NCBI RefSeq assembly: GCF_001194135.2
Contig: NC_068986.1
Coordinates: 20,321,482-20,385,481 of the forward strand
DNA length: 64,000 nucleotides
Direction: 5' to 3'
From: Octopus bimaculoides
Lineage: Eukaryota
The position numbers and the translations under genes are program-made. Shown here piece by piece: positions 61,924-64,000 of the stretch. The notes under the pieces are model-generated. The model saw nothing but the letters and a program-made list of their open reading frames with translations, ran no database searches and was not told where the DNA came from. Each line of letters opens with the position of its first letter. Position 1 is the stretch's first letter.

Positions 61924-63910
61924 AACTACTACAATTATCAACTACAACAGTTGCCAAATTGGTAACTGTTTCTGCAATTCAGACTCTAACAACTATTTGG
62001 GAGACAATGATAGCAGCATTGGTGCTAGGAGGGTGTGACTTCGGGCAGTAACGATATGGTTCAGTCACTGATTTGCTACCCTCATTATTAAAAGTCTGAT
62101 AATAGCTGCCAGCTTAGAGAAATAGTTTGGTTCAACTCAACTTCTGCTGGCAGATTCCCACAGTTGATTTGTCTTCAATAGATTCTAAGATGTACTTCTC
62201 TACTAAATAGGATCACTGCTAACTAATAGCAAAAATGTAGTAAATTAATTTTGTTTCTCTCCTTTTATATAATACATATATATATATATATATATATATG
62301 TCCTGATATCTTTTCTTCCTACATTGTTTTGTGAAGCAGTTATCAGGATTTTCTCGTGTCTCTCATAAAGAAGTTGTGAGAGTTCTCGTCTGTCTTCCAT
62401 GAAGAAAACTCATCAGAGCTCATCTCTTTCTTGCCCTCCATTTAGCAGAATTCTTACAAAATACGAAAGAGATAGGTTTAATTTTCTGATATAGAAGAAG
62501 AAAAATGTGTTGATTTAATAGTGTCAATATTTACTACTGATTTCTAGTGTAGCTAACTTTCTTACTCATCCTAAGCACATTTAGCTGTGGCTCTGCTTGT
62601 CTGGTATATGTCTTGAGGAAAATAAATGGCCCTTTTAATCTAATAAAAAAGGACTCTGTTATCAATAGTGGATGTCCTAACAGACAAACATTATTACCAA
62701 CTGGGACTGGACACCATTTGTACTGCAATGGCAGCTGTGTTGCACCAACAGAAGAAATAATTACAGATTTACAAAGAAATGTTTCCTTTGGGTCGTTTCT
62801 TCAGCACTGATTAATGTGCACGTATGTGTGTGTGTGTATATATTTATGTGTGTGTATGTATATGTGTGCGTGTGTATATGTATTTATGCATGTATGTATA
62901 TACACACAAACCCGCTCACATTTTTCAGTTGGAAATGGTTTTCCTAAGTGATTATTTGAAAAAAAAAGAAAAATACAATCTGTCTACTTTGTGTCAATCT
63001 GCTACCCACTGGTTGCTAACATTTATAACAGTACATCGTATTATTCTCTACCTATAGCCCTGTCTGACCATCTTCTGTCTCTTACGCAGGAAATGTTCAG
63101 TGTTTACTAACATCAAGTGGAGAAAAAATACAGATATAAAATGATTTGGAGGAAGTTTTTGGTTCATTCTCTTTTCAATTTTATTTATTTTTATATCTTT
63201 TTAATGAAGGGATTTTTTTTTTTTTTTTTTTTTTNNNNNNNNNNTTTTTTTTTTTTTTTTCTTGTTTTGTGTGAGTGTGTTCATTTGGGATTCAGCCATC
63301 CCATGGCTGGGTAGTTAATAGTGGAGGAATGCCTACCAGTTCAGTTCCATTCTTTGACCATCAAACAGGTCATAACTTTTGGCATTCTGTTTGTCTCTCT
63401 TTATAAGAAAGCTTCCTCTTATCAGCCTTCAACTAAATCGTACACGGAAGGCTAAACTCAGTCAATATGTAAAAAATGGAAAAAGCAGTACTGCTCTTTA
63501 AACCTTGTTTATTTTATTTTATATAAATATATATCTATATATATATTTTTTTTTTCGTAAGTCACCGAACGTCTACTGCCAACATCATCATCATGCCTCA
63601 TCAAATGTGATTGACACTCACAGTTAGGGAGAGAGATGAGGACGGCTGTTTAGAAGAGCAAAATATATCACTGATTGAAATGATAGGGAAACAACTGTGA
63701 CCCTTAGACTTCTTCATTTTTGTTGTCGAAACAAGTTTCCATCTGTTGTTGATCTTTGAGTTCTCAGTATGGAGCAGTTTATGAGAGGCAAGCAGAAATG
63801 ATGGGTGATTCCAACCTATTTTGATAAATGCTACAACTTGTATTTTTCTAAGCTGACAAACACAGAAATGAAATAAAATAAAATAAAATGAAATTTTAAA
63901 AAATTATTTT
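61203..63910 (+). other. probable 3' UTR of alpha-actinin (end uncertain)
   Basis: Follows the stop codon; no interspersed elements recognised; AATAAA at 62621, 62642 and 63872-63887. Confidence 0.45.
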
Positions 63911-64000
63911 GAACTTTATTATCAACAATTTTGGTATTCAAAACCCTGGTGCTAACCCATAGCATGGACGACTGGACGGCTGGCTTTTCAATAGAAGCCA

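Overview
AT-rich, microsatellite- and SINE-dense eukaryotic DNA; the repeat content suggests an octopus (inference). One gene dominates: alpha-actinin (+ strand). Its coding exons run from 10446 (mid-CH1) to the stop at 61202, as 21 exon positions totalling 2333 nt in one frame, all with AG/GT boundaries. About 113 N-terminal codons lie upstream or are not recognisable here. Main finding: the 79-nt CH2 exon (vertebrate exon 6) occurs twice in tandem (22581-22659, 23233-23311). Both copies are intact and synonymously saturated, and using both or neither gives a premature stop, the signature of mutually exclusive splicing. The intron between them holds an 18-bp stem and RBFOX/MBNL-type motifs. 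No second copy was seen at the known switch sites (exon 8, EF-hand exon 19). Introns also contain two near-perfect hairpins, a Penelope remnant with a tRNA-like promoter and hammerhead core, a deleted mariner, several MITEs, LINE fossils and many SINEs. Long ORFs in the track are microsatellite artefacts.
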